A stretch of DNA of 63,659 nt, filler included, from Octopus bimaculoides (taxonomy: Eukaryota): the NCBI RefSeq assembly GCF_001194135.2. It is 4 parts of 4 records of this genome, joined end to end, with 100 filler letters (N's around TTAATTAATTAA, not from the genome) between each part and the next. Parts side by side here need not be neighbours in the genome. Positions count along the whole stretch, not along the records: positions 1 to 27,687 come from NC_068988.1; positions 27,788 to 57,272 come from NC_068998.1; 2 more parts are not named here. One strand, written 5' to 3'. How positions within the stretch are numbered: the first letter of the stretch is position 1; each line of letters opens with the position of its first letter. A program made the translations under genes and the position numbers. The notes beneath the pieces are model-generated. The model was not told the DNA's origin. It made no database searches and saw only the letters and a program-made list of their open reading frames with translations. This document shows, piece by piece, positions 14,063 through 28,790 of this stretch.

Positions 14063-14445
14063 GGAGGCGCAATGACCCAGTGGTTAGGGCAGCGGTCTCG
14101 CGGTCATAGGATCGCGGTTTCGATTCACAGACCGGGCGCTGTGAGTGTTTATTGAGCGAAAACACCTAAAAGCTCCACGAGGCTCCGGCAGGGGATGGTG
14201 GCGAACCCTGCTGTACTCTTCCACCACAACTTTCTCTCACTCTTACTTCGTGTTTCTGTTGTGCCTGTAATTCAAAGGATTAGCCTTGTCACACTGTGTC
14301 GCGCTGAATATCCCAGAGAACTACGTTAAGGGTACACGTGTCTGTGGAGTGCTCAGCCACTTGCACGTTAATTTCACGAGCAGGCTGTTCCGTTGATCGG
14401 ATTAACTGGAACCCTCGACGTCGTAAGCGACGGAGTGCCAACAAC
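14063..14445 (+). mobile_element. tRNA-head SINE family B, apparently full length and CpG-rich
   Basis: A-box-like TGACCCAGTGG and B-box-like GTTTCGATTC, followed by a ~300-bp body. Its 3' part recurs at ~62305-62420. Confidence 0.75.
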
Positions 14446-15087
14446 GATATCGATAATTTTGCTAGTCCCATTGCTGTTAGGCTATTTGATATCACTCAGG
14501 CTCGTCTTGCTTTTTATAGTGCTAAACCTAATGTCTTCCTAATAATTTAGAGAATTAAGGTGGAAAGTTGGCAGAATCGTTACCATGCTGGAAAAAATGC
14601 TTAACGACGGAATTCATCTTGACATGATCTGAACTCAGAGCGCAGTATGCCGAAACAACATTCTATACAGAGCGCTAATGATTCAACTAATATGCCGCCA
14701 TCGCGACTAACACACAGGATTATTGGTATAATCTCATGACTATCACGGCTAGCAGTTATAACATTGATGAGATATTGTACTCCCAAATATAGATTAAATA
14801 GACTGAACGAAGTTAGCCAGTTAGTTTCGTTCTCCACAATATATTACAACTCAACAGTTTTATTGTCTGAAAATATTGATTCTGCTTTCTTCATCACGTA
14901 GGAGAAAACTTAGAAGAATATTTCTCTATCTTCGCTTTATACATGATTGAATAACTATGTAATATTATGCCATTCTGTCGTATCTGCGCATGTATATGTG
15001 TATGAACTCACGTGTATGTGTGTACGTGGGTGCGCATGTATATATATAAATATAAGTTTATATACATGTATATATATATATATGCAC

Positions 15088-15118
<31 letters not shown>

Positions 15119-15738
15119 TATATGTATATATATACATATATACACTTACGTCTACAGACATATGTATGTACGTGAATCTAGGCGCATTTGTGTAAGCGTG
15201 AAGAATGGGTTAATAACTGTGCTTTTGTAAGCTTCATATTAGTTTGCTAGTATCTTATGAATAGTTCTAATGAAGCAGAACAAACACCATAGACCTATTA
15301 CTTTATGTCTCATCATTCTGATTCATCTCCTTCCATCATCAATTCTTTCTTATTATCATCACAAACGTTCCTTCAGTAATAATTACTCCAAGATTACACT
15401 GAGAAATCAACGCTCAATGTTATATTCTGTATTCCACATCGTTATTGTTTGTCGAGATGTAAAACGCTTGTATTGTACACCCTTCATCACGTTTCTTTCC
15501 ACTCAGTTACCGAATATTTCATTTAGTTAAAAGCAATACCATAGCTATACATTGTGTTACATTAAACATACTGCCACAACAAACGATACATTAATCTGAC
15601 AAAATATTATATGTATCTATATATGTATCTATTATATGTTAATTCCGTCTGTACTCAGTGTTGTACGCGACTATGTTTAATATAAAACTGCATTTTTATA
15701 CTATATTAAATTAAACATAGTATATCGGCTGCGATTTA

Positions 15739-15928
15739 CGAGCGAGAGCTAAAAAGTTCCTGGCTTATCGCAAAGGGCTTGGCTGGAAGTCCACCTTTCT
15801 GAATTCTGAAGGAACGCTGCAAGAAGTGTGTGAATCTCAGAGGGGAATATGTTGACGAAAATCATAATTAACCAATACACCTGCATTTTCTTTTTACACA
15901 AAGCCAGGAAATTCTCAGCACACACTCA
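15739..15928. mobile_element. mariner-derived MITE
   Basis: TA-flanked with imperfect TIRs (CGAG...AAAAAGTTCCTGGCTT / AAGCCAGGAAATTCTCAGCACACACTCA). The interior contains the transposase end KCVNLRGEYV. A second copy is at ~25898-26106. Confidence 0.65.
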
Positions 15929-16979
15929 TATCTAAGGTTTTGTTGATGATGCATTGTGTAAGCTGGTAATTTTTAACAGCTCATCGTATCTAGTAGTGAA
16001 GTTATTTTTCGAGTAAATACGGTTAAGGAGCGTTACAGCAATGTCAAATCTTCTGTTTTGCTATCTAACAGATGTGCTTCTGTTTTAGATGAGAACAGAT
16101 GTTTAGAATTAGGAATGATGATTTGATAAAGTATTAATGCGTCTAGTTTAAGGTCCAAAGTTTGAAGCCACTGCTTCGTTGTTGTTGTTGTGAAGATTAC
16201 ATCTTTGTACATTTTGTTTGTTCCCGTTACTGGAGAGGGGAAATTGTGTCAAGTCACCAGAAAGAGAATAAATGGAGCATAACTTCTCTTTCAATCAGTT
16301 TAATGAATTTGAAATACAGTTAATTACATTGAAATCACAGATAATTACCTGTCCTTAAATTCATGCTAATTACGACCCTGCAAACCACTGTTAAGCATCA
16401 AACCTTAAAACACAGTTAATTGCCAGCACTTGAGATATACCCGAGTACTATCCCTTAAACAAAAACATGCTGTAGTCTTTTAGCAAACATTAAGAAGCAC
16501 ACCTTAAACTAGCAATAATTAGAATCTTCAATAAGCCCCATAGATATTCAGAAAGCTAACGTTTCATGTACAGCTTCATTAAAGCTACTGTGTACAGCAG
16601 AATCATCTATACAATAATGAATACAACGGTATTAATTAACATTCTCTCAGTAACGGAATGTTTCAAACTGCAAATTTTAACATCAACTATTTTCAAATTG
16701 TTAAATTTAAAAACTCTGTCCAGGTGCAATGTCATAGAAAACCAGGAATTTACAAAGTAGATGTGCGTCCCATTAAATGCTTATACGTCTGTCTTCTTAA
16801 CTATTCGGTCCGGATGATGGGTTCGTGCAACTGTTGTAGCATTGAAAGTCGAAAATTTACATTCTCATCTTCTTTAGATAAGGATAAAATTTATAGTTTA
16901 AATAAAAACAATAAAATTATTGAGTAGAAATTTCGGTTTCAAATTTTGGCACAACGCCATTAGTTTCGGGTGAGGAACT

Positions 16980-17147
16980 AAGACGATTACTTCGACCCTA
17001 GTGATCAAACCGTACTACTATTATCAACCCCATCAGGACGAAAGTTAAAGTCAACGTCGGCGTAATTTGAACTCAGAACGTGTAGACGGACGAAATGCCG
17101 CTAAGCATTTTTTCCAGCGAGCTAAGGATTGTCCCTGCTTGCCGCCT
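16980..17147 (-). mobile_element. SINE family A, diverged copy
   Basis: Similar to 9781-10000; ends in GCCGCC. Confidence 0.65.
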
Positions 17148-18631
17148 AAAAAAAAAAAACATTCTCCTAATGATTTACAGTAGTTACGATTTCTTCTTCA
17201 TATACAGGGAAACGTTAGGTAAGTTTGTGTATTTAAAATAATTAGTTAAGTGTATACAGGCTTGAAATTATTTTCTGTTTAAGTAATGCTATAAGAAACA
17301 AATATACTGCTATATGAAAGATAATTTCTAAAATCAAGTGATATCATATAGATAATATAGAGTGACATATATATTTTTGAAATTTTATATCAAATCTAAT
17401 ACACGAATAGGTCGCCTGTTACGTATAAAATATAAATTACAAATAAAATATAAATGGTTGGTAAATAAAAATATAGAATGCTTAAATGTATGTATTAACC
17501 TCATCTTAAAGCACGAAAATAACGTGACTTACAAATGAAAAATGTAAGAGGGGGAAAAAAATCAATAAACTACGTTTTCCTGAACGAGTAAAATAATAGG
17601 GCAATAACTTTGGAGCGTAAAATATTAATAAATGTGCGCTGATGTTCAACAAAAATCGAGGTTTATTGAAGAGGTTGTAAATCTGTATAGAATTCATTCA
17701 AATTTAATAGACATTACAGGAGATAAACTTCAATAAATCTAGCGTAAAGAAACAGCAACAAACGAATTTTAGATGATACAAACCAATGAAGAAGAAATGC
17801 TAAACAATAGGACGAATCATCCAATATTTGTGTTTCATAATTTCTATTGAATACACGTGAAGCATAATTTTATACTTCATATATATATATATATATATAT
17901 AAACATATATATAATATATATACATGTATATATAGATGTATATATANNNNNNNNNNNNNNNNNNNNNNNNNNNNNNNNNNNNNNNNNNNNNNNNNNNNNN
18001 NNNNNNNNNNNNNNNNNNNNNNNNNNNNNNNNNNNNNNNNNNNNNNNNNNNNNNNNNNNNNNNNNNNNNNNNNNNNNNNNNNNNNNNNNNNNNNNNNNNN
18101 NNNNNNNNNNNNNNNNNNNNNNNNNNNNNNNNNNNNNNNNNNNNNNNNNNNNNNNNNNNNNNNNNNNNNNNNNNNNNNNNNNNNNNNNNNNNNNNNNNNN
18201 NNNNNNNNNNNNNNNNNNNNNNNNNNNNNNNNNNNNNNNNATATATATATATATGGGATAGTGTATGTATGCAGCTTACGAAAGCTTTTCTGCCTCATAT
18301 CTTATATATAAGCGTGCCTAAGACTGTTTTAATATTTATATAAGTAGACCCCTTATGTCTATGGAAAAAATTAATATTTTTGTAAGTATCTATCTATATG
18401 TCTTCTGGGTATTATAGATTTCTGTGACTAAAAATCATTTCTGCATATAAATATATATCAATATTTTCGTTTACACGCGCATGCACACGAACGCATACTT
18501 ATTTGTGTATATGTGTGTCATGTATCCATCTATCTGTCTATCTATCTATCTGTCCGTCTGTCTTTCTGTCTGTCTGTCTGTCTGTCTATTTATGTATGTA
18601 TCTCTCTGTCACCCTTTTATCTATCTGCCTG

Positions 18632-18689
<58 letters not shown>

Positions 18690-18895
18690 GATCGATCTAT
18701 CTATCTCTCTATATGTCTGTCTCTCTGTCTGTATATCTGTCTATTTATCTGTCTGTCTCTCTTTTTATCTGTCTGACTGCTGCCTGTCTATCTATGTATA
18801 TCTGTAAACAAACAGACATATATATATACATACGTATATACGTGCGTACATAAATACATGCATGCATATATACATATATGTATGGGTGCGTGTGC

Positions 18896-18966
<71 letters not shown>

Positions 18967-19166
18967 NNNNNNNNNNNNNNNNNNNNNNNNNNNNNNNNNN
19001 NNNNNNNNNNNNNNNNNNNNNNNNNNNNNNNNNNNNNNNNNNNNNNNNNNNNNNNNNNNNNNNNNNNNNNNNNNNNNNNNNNNNNNNNNNNNNNNNNNNN
19101 NNNNNNNNNNNNNNNNNNNNNNNNNNNNNNNNNNNNNNNNNNNNNNNNNNNNNNNNNNNNNNNNNN

Positions 19167-19223
<57 letters not shown>

Positions 19224-19712
19224 TCTCTTTCTCTCTCTCCGCGCACATATGTATATTTATAAATGCATATATGTATATATGTATGTATAAATAAACGAAG
19301 GTTTAGTTTTCTTTTTGTATCTTTGAATTGTAAGACCGTACAGGCAGGATTCTATGAAGTACAACATCTATAAGATATTGGAAAGTGTAACAGAGTGCTG
19401 ATCAGATAACGCAAAGGTACATCCAGTGGACCGCCGACATTTTCTCTTGTGCAACACGGTGCAGTCTGAAGATTTGTGAAATTCTCTGTTGCTTTTTGCG
19501 GTGCTTTATAGGTGAGGTACTCCATACACAACTTCCTGTTACCAACCACTAAAATCACATAATGAAACGACTAAGGTGAAAGCATGCAATCCATTCATTT
19601 CATTCTATCTTTGGTCGCATTGATTAAATAGAGTTATTTGTATAAGAAACGTCGTAACTTTCAGTGCTGGGTCTAACTTCGATAGAGATGACTGTAAAAC
19701 GTATAGATATAT

Positions 19713-19866
19713 AGGAGTAGGCGTGGATCTGTGGCAAGAAACTTGCTTCCCAACCACATGGTTCTGGATTCAGTCTCACTGCGCGGCACCTTGTCGTCTA
19801 CTATAACCCCGGGCCGATCAAAGCCTTGTAAGTGGATTAGATAGACGGAAACTGAAAGAAGCCCGT

Positions 19867-19897
<31 letters not shown>

Positions 19898-20160
19898 GCG
19901 TGTGTGTCTGTGTGTGTGTGTGTGCGCGTGCGTGTGCGTGCATGTGCGTGCGTGTGAGTGTGTGTGTGTCTCTATTTGTCCACCTACCGTCGCTTGACAA
20001 CTGATGTTGGTGTGTTTATGTACACGTAACCTAGCGGTTCAGCAAAAGAGAATAAGCACTAGGCTAGCAAAGAATAAGTCCTGAGGTCAATTTGTTCTAC
20101 TAAAGGCGGAGCTCCAGCATGGTCGCCGTCAAATGACAGAAAATAGTAAAAGAATAAAAC
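19713..20160 (+). mobile_element. tRNA-head SINE family C plus associated downstream repeat
   Basis: Contains TTGCTTCCCAACCACATGGTTC...CACCTTG...GACGGAAACTGAAAGAAGCCCGTC. Related copies are at ~22220-22365, 42900-42990, 43625-43860 and 49680-49815(-). Confidence 0.65.
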
Positions 20161-22130
20161 AATATGTATATNNNNNNNNNNNNNNNNNNNNNNNNNNNNN
20201 NNNNNNNNNNNNNNNNNNNNNNNNNNNNNNNNNNNNNNNNNNNNNNNNNNNNNNNNNNNNNNNNNNNNNNNNNNNNNNNNNNNNNNNNNNNNNNNNNNNN
20301 NNNNNNNNNNNNNNNNNNNNNNNNNNNNNNNNNNNNNNNNNNNNNNNNNNNNNNNNNNNNNNNNNNNNNNNNNNNNNNNNNNNNNNNNNNNNNNNNNNNN
20401 NNNNNNNNNNNNNNNNNNNNNNNNNNNNNNNNNNNNNNNNNNNTATATATATAATGAAATTAATGAAGATCAAGAGAACGAGGATTTGCACATCCATATT
20501 TTATTATACAGTTACTTACATCGTTCTAAGGATTTATCAAGCGAGGATAGTAGCTAAGTCTAGTAGATGATCACTTGCTCGAGTATCACCAGCATCACAT
20601 TCAAACATACACACAGACACACATGCACACACACACACACACACGCACACAAACACACATACACATACATATGCACAAACAAACACACACACACATACAT
20701 AAGTAGCGTTGATGTATGTGTACATTACTATACGTTCAATCATAAAAACGTATTCTAATACGTACGCAGGCAGTATTTTTTTTTTTTTTTTGCATGGGCG
20801 TGACTTGTTTGCATACTTATATAGTTTATGATAAATGTTTTTTTTTTATTTTCATCATGTGTATACTTGCCCAAATATACATTCATATATTTTAGTTACA
20901 TAGTTGTAGGTACATAGTCCTAGGTAACATACTCGTATTAAAAGGAAAAAAGTAGCAGGAACAGGTGATACTCACATAAACAGTCGCCTGAATTATAAAT
21001 CAATCATAATGTTAGTTTCGCTCTTAAAGATATTCGTAAACAATGGTATGACAAAAAGCGTAAACGTCATCAAGTAAAATAGCAACGATGTGCCATTATT
21101 TGGTGATAGGAAAAGTCAATTCACCTTGAAATTGCACAAAAAATATATGAAAAATATGTTGATATATGTCACAAATAGCAGTTCCTCTATTGTGAATGAA
21201 TTTATGAAAGAAAAGTGATGAATGTGATTACCTTTGCCATAATTCAAACAGTTTTTTTTCTTTTTATATGTGTTTGACGATATAAGACGAGACTGTGGGC
21301 AAATTTTATCATGATGCATGAGCTGTCAACGAGAGCAGGGAGTATGGAAGCGTTTCCCTGTTTTCTGAGGCTCCGGTGCTGGAAAACAAAAATACAGCTA
21401 TAGCTGATGAAAGCTTCCACCTACCTCAGATTGTTGCTATATTACATAGTTGTGTAAAGAAATAGAATCCTCATCAGAGGTATTGGCACAAGCGTGAACC
21501 ATTGTGTTGTATTCAAATTTGTGCAACAATATAGACACGTGATGACCGAAACATATCTCCATGAAATATGTAGTTCACAATTATCTAAATAGTGTTGATG
21601 ATACCAAAGGTGACAATGGTGTTGCCATAACTGCTACAGGTGATGTTTCTACCCTTTTGAAAATATCGCCTTTTGCATTTCCGGTAACTGCCAGAAAATC
21701 GCTGGGACCATGTGCTACTACAAGACAAGCCATCGATGAGAGAGAATTAATGTCGTCAACACTAGTAGGGTGTTGAAGATGGCGAATTCGTGGAAGGCAG
21801 AGAAATATATGATGCTACGAAAAAAAAAGGGGGTAAAATCGGTCGTAACAACCAGCAGGATACTTACAACGTAGGATTTCTAACGAACGCATACCATATT
21901 CCATGTCCAACGCTGAAATATAGTATACTTCAGTATGACACACGCTCGTAAAGTACTGGACCTCATTAACGACGACGATAATGAATGATTGATCAATGAG
22001 AAAGAAAGGCACAATGAGTGCAACGACGTAGGATATAATAAATGTTTGATGATTCACACACCACAGAATATGGGCACACCCTGTCATGAATATATGTGTA
22101 TATGTATATACACCCATACTCACACACACA

Positions 22131-22168
<38 letters not shown>

Positions 22169-22180
22169 TAAAACATATAC

Positions 22181-22218
<38 letters not shown>

Positions 22219-22668
22219 GAGAAGGCGTGAGTTTGCTTTACAACCACGTAGTTCAAGCTTCAGTGTCACTGCGGTGCACCTTGGGCAATTTTCTTCTATA
22301 ATAGCCTCCAGTGAAACAAGCCTTGTGAGTGTATTTGGTAGACATACACTGTAAAGAGTACATCGTACACACACACACGCGCGCGCATACNNNNNNNNNN
22401 TATATATATACATATAATATTTACATATATATAATATATACATACACATATATATGCATATACCTACATATATATATTTATGCGCATAAATTCTTATAAA
22501 TATATTTGAATATGAATACGAACCAGTTACTTCGTAACACATTTCAAGTACGTATTGTATTATATGCATATGGCCAAGGTAGAATGTATTATTATTGTCG
22601 TTATTTTTATTGTTGTTTTGGTATTAATATTATTATTATTATTATTAGTAGTAGTAGTAGTAGTGACG

Positions 22669-23003
22669 TGAAGGCACATGGCTCAGTGGTCAGAACGTCT
22701 AGTATACGATCGTGAGATTGTGAGTTCGATTCCCGGACCGGGCTGCGTATTGTGTTCTTTAGCAAGACACTTTATTTCACGTTGCTCCAGTTCACTCAGC
22801 TGTAGAAATGAGTTGCAACATCACTGGTGCCAAGCTGTATCAGCTTTTGCCTTTCCCTTGGATAGCATCAGTGGTGTGGAGAGTGGAGGCTGGTATGCAT
22901 GGGCGAATGCTGGCCTTACACAAACAACCTTGCCTGGACTTGTGCCTCGGAGGGTAACTTTCTAGGTGCAACCCTATGGTCATTCATAACCGAAGGAGAT
23001 CTC
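22669..23003 (+). mobile_element. tRNA-head SINE family D with a CORE-like central block
   Basis: A-box TGGCTCAGTGG and B-box GTTCGATTCC, then GTGTTCTTTAGCAAGACACTTTATTTCACGTTGCTCCAGTTCACTCAGCTGTAGAAATG. An older copy is at ~53500-53720. Confidence 0.7.
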
Positions 23004-23315
23004 TTCATTAGTAGTAGTAGTAGTAGTAGCAGTAGCAGCAGCAGCAGCGGCAGTAGTAGTAGTAGTATTGGTAGTTGTAGTAGTATCAGCAGAAGCAGAA
23101 GCAGTTGCAGCATCACACGTATTAATATTAGCAATAGTAATTCATCTTATTATTATAACCATCATCCACATCGTCCACATTGAAAAGTTACATAACAACA
23201 CATACTTGCAGCTCTTAATACGTCTCAATGCGTATGCCCTAAATAAATGAAAGAACTGGAGAATGGGATATAGAAATGCATAATCTACAAGAGAAGTCTC
23301 GCATTACAATGTTTA

Positions 23316-23350
<35 letters not shown>

Positions 23351-23682
23351 NNNNNNNNNNNNNNNNNNNNNNNNNNNNNNNNNNNNNNNNNNNNNNNNNN
23401 NNNNNNNNNNNNNNNNNNNNNNNNNNNNNNNNNNNNNNNNNNNNNNNNNNNNNNNNNNNNNNNNNNNNNNNNNNNNNNNNNNNNNNNNNNNNNNNNNNNN
23501 NNNNNNNNNNNNNNNNNNNNNNNNNNNNNNNNNNNNNNNNNNNNNNNNNNNNNNNNNNNNNNNNNNNNNNNNNNNNNNNNNNNNNNNNNNNNNNNNNNNN
23601 NNNNNNNNNNNNNNNNNNNNNNNNNNNNNNNNNNNNNNNNNNNNNNNNNNNNNNNNNNNNNNNNNNNNNNNNNNNNNNNNNN

Positions 23683-23758
<76 letters not shown>

Positions 23759-24063
23759 TGTGTGTGTGTGGGTGTGTGCAAATATGTACTTACGCTCATA
23801 CGCACACTCATATATACGTACATAAACAAAGATCAAAGGAGCTGAATGATTTTTCACCCGCATTCTACTGATGACTGTTGTTTGTTGCTTGCGAGCATAA
23901 ATAACAGTATTCTCTATAATACCAGTACTGCCTATAATAACAGGCCTCCGCATTATTTTCAAAGGTATAAACAGCAGCAATGTACAGTCAAACATCACAG
24001 TGAAGCTAGTTTAGTTGTTTACAAATACATTATCTATACATACGTATATATACATGTATGTAC

Positions 24064-24106
<43 letters not shown>

Positions 24107-24435
24107 ACACACACACATGTATGTATATATGTAGGTATGTATGTATGTATGTATGTATGTATGTATGTGTGTATGAATAATTATTTAATGGTAGGTATGT
24201 CTATATGCATTTGTGTTTAATATGAACGAATGTGTGCAGGGTGGAATATTTTATATTTAAAAACTGTTTTCGCACGATATATAGTCACATATATAAATGG
24301 AGTCGGTATGCATGTGAAGTGCTATCTGTATTGTGTGATACGTATTAATTATGTAATACTGCGCAAGTGCATAGGTATAAGTGCATGTATGCCTTTATGA
24401 AGTATATGTATATGTTTGCACATATATGCATATAT

Positions 24436-24493
<58 letters not shown>

Positions 24494-25897
24494 GTACATT
24501 ATGTGCATATATGTATATCTATGTATGTATGTATATATGCATATGTATATTATATATATATCTCATATATCTTATATATACCATATATCATATATCATAA
24601 TATTGAAGTATCACATAAATTGTTAATGTGTCTATAGATTTATTAGATAAGGTTGCTTATTTATATACAATTGTGTGTGTGTGTGTGTGTGTGTGTTTGT
24701 GTGTGTATATGTGTATGTGTATGCGTGTGAGTGTATACGAGCATAGATAGTTATGTACGTATATACATATGCATACATAAACATTCTAACACTGAATTGC
24801 ATGAGTGTAAGTTACAAAACGATACACACTGGTAAACATATCGTTTTCCAATAAAGTGCATAGAATGAATAAATATACTGGAGAGAACTTATCAAAAAAC
24901 TCTTAGCATTTATATGAAAACATTTAACATATTATTCACTTCTATTCCTAGTAACATGTGAAGATTCCAATGCGTAAACACTAACAGTTATATCAGGAAG
25001 GTATTATATTAGATTCAATCTTAGAAGACATATATCAAAGATTACAAATATCCGTATACATTCTATGCATGATATACAAATATATATACAAGATTTGTTG
25101 AAATACATCCACACGGAATATACGAGTATATTATCGCATAAATATATATGTGCTTATTCACAGGTATCTCTATGTCTCTATTTCTCTTTTTCTCTTTCTC
25201 TTTCACTCTCTCGTTCGTAAACATATATATATAAATCCGTGTGTTTATATATGTACAAATATTCAATTGTATGTTAAAAAATAAGAATTTTTTTTAGGTA
25301 TGTTTATATAATTATATATATTTGTGTCTATATACATTTATACACACACACCATTTTAATTTATTTAACTCGTCTCATATACTCTCTTCTGAATATTTCT
25401 TGCTTATAGATTATGTTCTCGCTGTTTTTTTTTATGCATTATCTTGTTACTTATGTTATTGTTGCTTAGATCTAGATTTTTTTTCTCTTTTAATCAGAGA
25501 AGAAGGTGGTGCCCGTTGCCTGCTAGCAGATTAATGAAAATCAGAAAAGTTAAATTATTATTCTTTACTGGGAAGCCTGGCCTAAGCACTTGCATTTTTT
25601 TTTTATAGAGTCCACAAAGAAAAGAAGCAAAGTTGACCTTGAAATGATATCTCTGGAATCTATCCTTGAAATATTTCGAGCTGTAATTATATCATCGTAA
25701 GCTATAACGTGTTGATACAAGCTTTATTTCTTTTACACTTTAAGCGTGTAAGATGAGATGTCATATGATGGAGATTAACAGTTTCTTTCTCTAGAAAGAC
25801 CAAGAATGATGCCTGTTTTTGGCTTCGATTAATTTTGGTTCTTTTGATCCGTCATACTCCTTACTTAGTGATGACACAACAATATATTTGATTTCTG

Positions 25898-26106
25898 CCA
25901 GAGAGCTGCTAAAAAGTTCTTGGCTTTAATGGTGTCGGGAAAGGCTTAGTTGGAAGCTGGGTTCTTTTACAGGCCTTAGAAACACCGAAGGGCCGCTGCT
26001 GTAAGTGTAAGAATCTGAGAGGGAGATATGTTCTATTAAATCATAATTAACTGACCCTCCCGGATTTTCTTTTACTCAAAGCCAGGAACTTTTCTGCACC
26101 CCACGC
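25898..26106. mobile_element. mariner-derived MITE, second copy
   Basis: Same GCTAAAAAGTTC(C/T)TGGCTT ... AAAGCCAGGAA termini and interior as 15739-15928. Confidence 0.6.
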
Positions 26107-27124
26107 ATGTCTCTCTACGTATGTATGTATGTATGTATGTATGTATGTATGTACGTATGTACGTACCTATGTACGTTTGTGCGCATGCATATAATTATGT
26201 ATAACGTCAAGTTCCTCATCAGCAGAAACTGATATGCCTTATCGGGACCCATGTATATCATATCAATGATACTCGTGTTATAACTTCAAATACTTTGAAG
26301 CTCCGTTTCCATATTTATACACTACAATTGACAATATAAATACCAGTGATATTTTGGGGAAAAAATAAAAATTATAGATGAAATATATTAAGGGATAACA
26401 TGGTCATGCAGGGACTTGCATTATCTTTGAGGACATGGCTCCAATAAATTTAATCATGTTTCCATGATCAATGCTGAAATGCAACTGAATGTTACCAACC
26501 CTTCATTAAAATATATCTAAAATATGAGAGAAAGAGACATACATAGAGAGATGACGAGAGAGAGAGAGACAGAGAGACGGAGACAGACAGACAGAGGAGG
26601 GGAACGTAATGAGATATTCCTTTGGAATCAAATCGAACCTGGGTAGGTTTTATCAACATACCCAGCCAACCAGCCTGCGAGCCAACCATCCAGAGAGGCA
26701 AGCAGCCAACCGGATAGGCTGACGCAACGTTAGAAGTATGTAGCTTGTTAAATGGTCCAGCAGACCATTGATTTCATCACAAAGTAAAACTATAAAGCAT
26801 CTGAAAATAACATCATTAAGTTTTTCCATTATACTGAATAAAAATATAAATTAAAGAAATACAAATAACAGTACAATCTAGGAAACATACGATATTCCAT
26901 TATTTCTAGAATGGTTTTAGATAAAAAGTAACAGAAGGGGGGGAAAATGAAAAGAGATGGCTGAGAGGTGTAAAAATAGTCGGGAACCGTTCTAATGGTA
27001 GAATGTATTTTGGTTAAATATAGAAATAGATTTTAAACAGTCGGCCCTGTAGACACACAGGCACGAATATGCATACAGAGACGATGCTAAGTGCACAGTT
27101 TTAGAGGTATACACGTATACAAAC

Positions 27125-27208
<84 letters not shown>

Positions 27209-27645
27209 GTATATTCATGCATATACATATATAGGTATAGGAACATTTACATTTACTCACACACGCACATGTATATATTTTGTTATCTTGTAATGCTTGT
27301 ATGCTCCAAATAAACACAAATGTCTCGGGAAGCTTACTATATGCATTCATAATTCAACCATATTGAAACTCCTATTAAATAATCAAATACACTATTGATT
27401 ATACCTATAAACGTTCTATGTTCGAAGTATGCAACTTTAAATACGGCTGAACTGAGAAATGTTAGGCACCCTCACAGGCTTCACAAATGAAGTCCAAATT
27501 GCAAAACCATCAGAACGTTACTAGAGGCGAAACATAGGATCCAATTTAGTCCAGGATTTGCCTGGGGTTGCAATGCCTCCATTTGTCACGGACCGACCAA
27601 AACCTTGTGAGAGAATTTGGTTGACGGAAATTGAAAGAAATCTGT

Positions 27646-27687
<42 letters not shown>

Positions 27688-28142
27688 NNNNNNNNNNNNN
27701 NNNNNNNNNNNNNNNNNNNNNNNNNNNNNNNTTAATTAATTAANNNNNNNNNNNNNNNNNNNNNNNNNNNNNNNNNNNNNNNNNNNNCTCTCTCTCTCTC
27801 TTTCTCTCTTTCTCTTTCTCTCTCTCTGAAAGTATCTGTCATTACAGTATCGAAATGTGATTGTTTCAGTTAGTGGAATAGTTTCATTTTTAAAGTGAAA
27901 GTATTTGACATGAGTGTTTTTGTTTCACTTTTGACACGTAATACTTAAATAGTGGAGGAGATATTATGTTGCTGTGGGCTCGAACTCTGCAAGAAGTTTA
28001 AAAAAATTTTTGACTAAAACACAACTGGAACCCTAAGTAAGACATCTGTAAAATTTGAATGAAATTGGTTGCGTAGTTCTCGAGTTTTAGGGATTCACAC
28101 ATACACACAGACAGACAGACAGACACACATTCTCATTTTTAT

Positions 28143-28174
<32 letters not shown>

Positions 28175-28249
28175 GCGGCGAGCTGGCAAAAACAGGTAGG
28201 AGAGTAGCTGAAACTATCCTTCTAGACATATCCCTTCATAACTCACATA

Positions 28250-28790
28250 CAATAAAAATCCCAATGATCCCCAGGAGGTTCACTCATTGTTGTGCTGAAA
28301 TTGTATAGGCAAAAAGCAAGGCCGGCAACTTCTGGTGAAACTCACCTACCTCAGAACTAGCAATGTAACATCAGCAAAGCTATTATCCAATCTGCGAAAG
28401 ATGACTTCGTGCATCGTGTGAAGCTGTCTCATCTTCAAAACTACGACTGATACTTTTGATCTTTTGCTCAAAACTCCACCAACTTTGCAGAATCGTCTTT
28501 CCCTCCACTTCACATCAGCAATAGTTCTGTGAGTGTTACCCTAATATAGAAAGCCTCTACCATTGCTAACCTCTTTAGAGCCAACACTACACTACATGCA
28601 CTTGGCAAATTTCCTCCATCTCTATCCCCTTTCACACTTCCAGGTTCACTACATTAGATACACATACACCAGGTGTAAAAATACCTTCAGTCACTTCAAA
28701 CCACCAAGGCTATCAGTGTCCCATTACCCACAAACATTGCAATCCAAAGTTATCCCCTATGGTCCCCAAACTCTCTAATCTATTCTGCTG
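28250..28790 (+). mobile_element. CR1/Jockey-group LINE relic (endonuclease-RT linker)
   Basis: Reads AIIQSAKDDF...NFAESSFPPLH and KYLQSLQTTKA, resembling SSFPPL and LxTxKAxGPD linker motifs. Confidence 0.5.

Noticed and set aside
14063-14135. tRNA-like heads (also 22669-22740 and 19713-19790)
   Set aside because: They have A/B boxes but no closed cloverleaf, and they continue into repeated SINE bodies.
16560-16880. Short protein-like minus-strand frames (EDENVNFRLSMLQQ..., DDSAVHSSFNEAV...)
   Set aside because: Splice signals are weak or inconsistent and the frames stop early, which is compatible with chance in AT-rich DNA.
27732-27743. TTAATTAATTAA islands between N runs (also 57317-57328 and 61358-61369)
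   Set aside because: An identical palindromic 12-mer with stops in all six frames, always flanked by gaps, is a scaffolding linker and not biology.
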